From contig JBFMBH010000006.1 of NCBI GenBank assembly GCA_040755095.1, positions 1,290 to 65,289 on the forward strand: a stretch of DNA of 64,000 nt, written 5' to 3'. This stretch comes from Thermodesulfobacteriota bacterium. Lineage in GTDB: Bacteria > Desulfobacterota > Desulfobulbia > Desulfobulbales > JBFMBH01. Each line of letters starts with the position of its first letter. Within the stretch, counting starts at the first letter, position 1. Shown here piece by piece: positions 63,889 through 64,000 of this stretch. Position numbers and translations under genes: made by a program. The notes beneath the pieces were generated by a model. The model was given only the letters and a program-made list of their open reading frames with translations. It had not been told where the DNA came from and did no database searches.

Positions 63889-64000
63889 ATGGTCGCCCAC
63901 GACCCCCTCCACAGATCCGGACGAGCGGATTTCCCGCATCCGGCTCTTGCCTCAGGTGATGACGCCAAGGCGCCGCAGAGGGTAGGGATGGCAGATACGC
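63889..64000 (+). CDS. Hypothetical protein, 5' fragment only (runs off the right edge)
   Basis: Not in the track because it has no stop in the window. ATG 63889 is preceded by GGAG with an 8-nt spacer and lies 5 nt after the receiver stop. Translation is MVAHDPLHRSGRADFPHPALASGDDAKAPQRVGMADT... GC3 is only moderate (about 24/37). Confidence 0.35.
   Translation, partial: MVAHDPLHRSGRADFPHPALASGDDAKAPQRVGMADT

Noticed and set aside
63702-63968. Track ORF 63702..63968(-) (88 aa).
   Set aside because: It overlaps the well-supported receiver gene in antisense and translates to Pro/Gly/Arg/Ala low complexity, so it is a shadow ORF.

Overview
This is a visibly GC-rich bacterial chromosomal window (exact GC not computed). 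The gene content resembles Desulfobacterota ('Deltaproteobacteria'), which is an inference only. I support about 55 protein genes, 3 tRNAs, and several promoters and terminators. I found no rRNA, no CRISPR array and no recognisable IS or transposase. Because of the high GC, many long ORFs in the supplied track are antisense or out-of-frame shadows. I accepted a CDS only when it showed family-specific motifs, GC3-biased codons, a Shine-Dalgarno (SD) sequence, or stop/start coupling.

Layout, left to right:
1. 1-13220 (-): one long co-directional cluster. It runs acetyltransferase, two COG4671/GT28-like glycosyltransferases, two GT4 glycosyltransferases, a histidine phosphatase and a CE4-like deacetylase. 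It then continues into a small FtsX permease, an ABC ATPase and a giant permease of at least 1586 aa. The giant permease is a tandem-FtsX protein with a degenerate M28-peptidase-like ectodomain. It runs off the left edge and is missing from the ORF track.
2. 13331-16439: tRNA-Ala(CGC), a YjgA-like gene, a chemoreceptor with a Cys-rich C-terminal domain, and tRNA-Cys.
3. 16615-27933 (-): a 13-gene complex-I-like nuo operon. It lacks nuoEFG, and nuoL is replaced by three genes.
4. 28212-32107: an S8 protease, an FAD oxidoreductase, and a small toxin-antitoxin islet (MNT plus an internally deleted HEPN, and RelBE).
5. 32557-37809: mpl, a hybrid sensor kinase, and a cold-shock protein gene.
6. 37942-43925: tRNA-Ala(GGC) and mreBCD-mrdA-rodA.
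7. 43927-50690 (-): cheR, an AhbD/NirJ-like radical SAM gene, hemE, hemH, and a CBS-PAS-HD-GYP gene.
8. 50839-58543: housekeeping genes (DUF503, MarC, rlmI, ydjM-like, hrpB, GH3).
9. 58590-64000: a lower-GC segment. It holds a 1513-aa cytoplasmic histidine kinase with a long unassigned N-terminus, a coupled atypical receiver, and a further ORF cut by the right edge.

The best candidates for something undescribed are the glycan/giant-permease ABC cluster, the remodelled nuo distal arm, and the giant kinase module.
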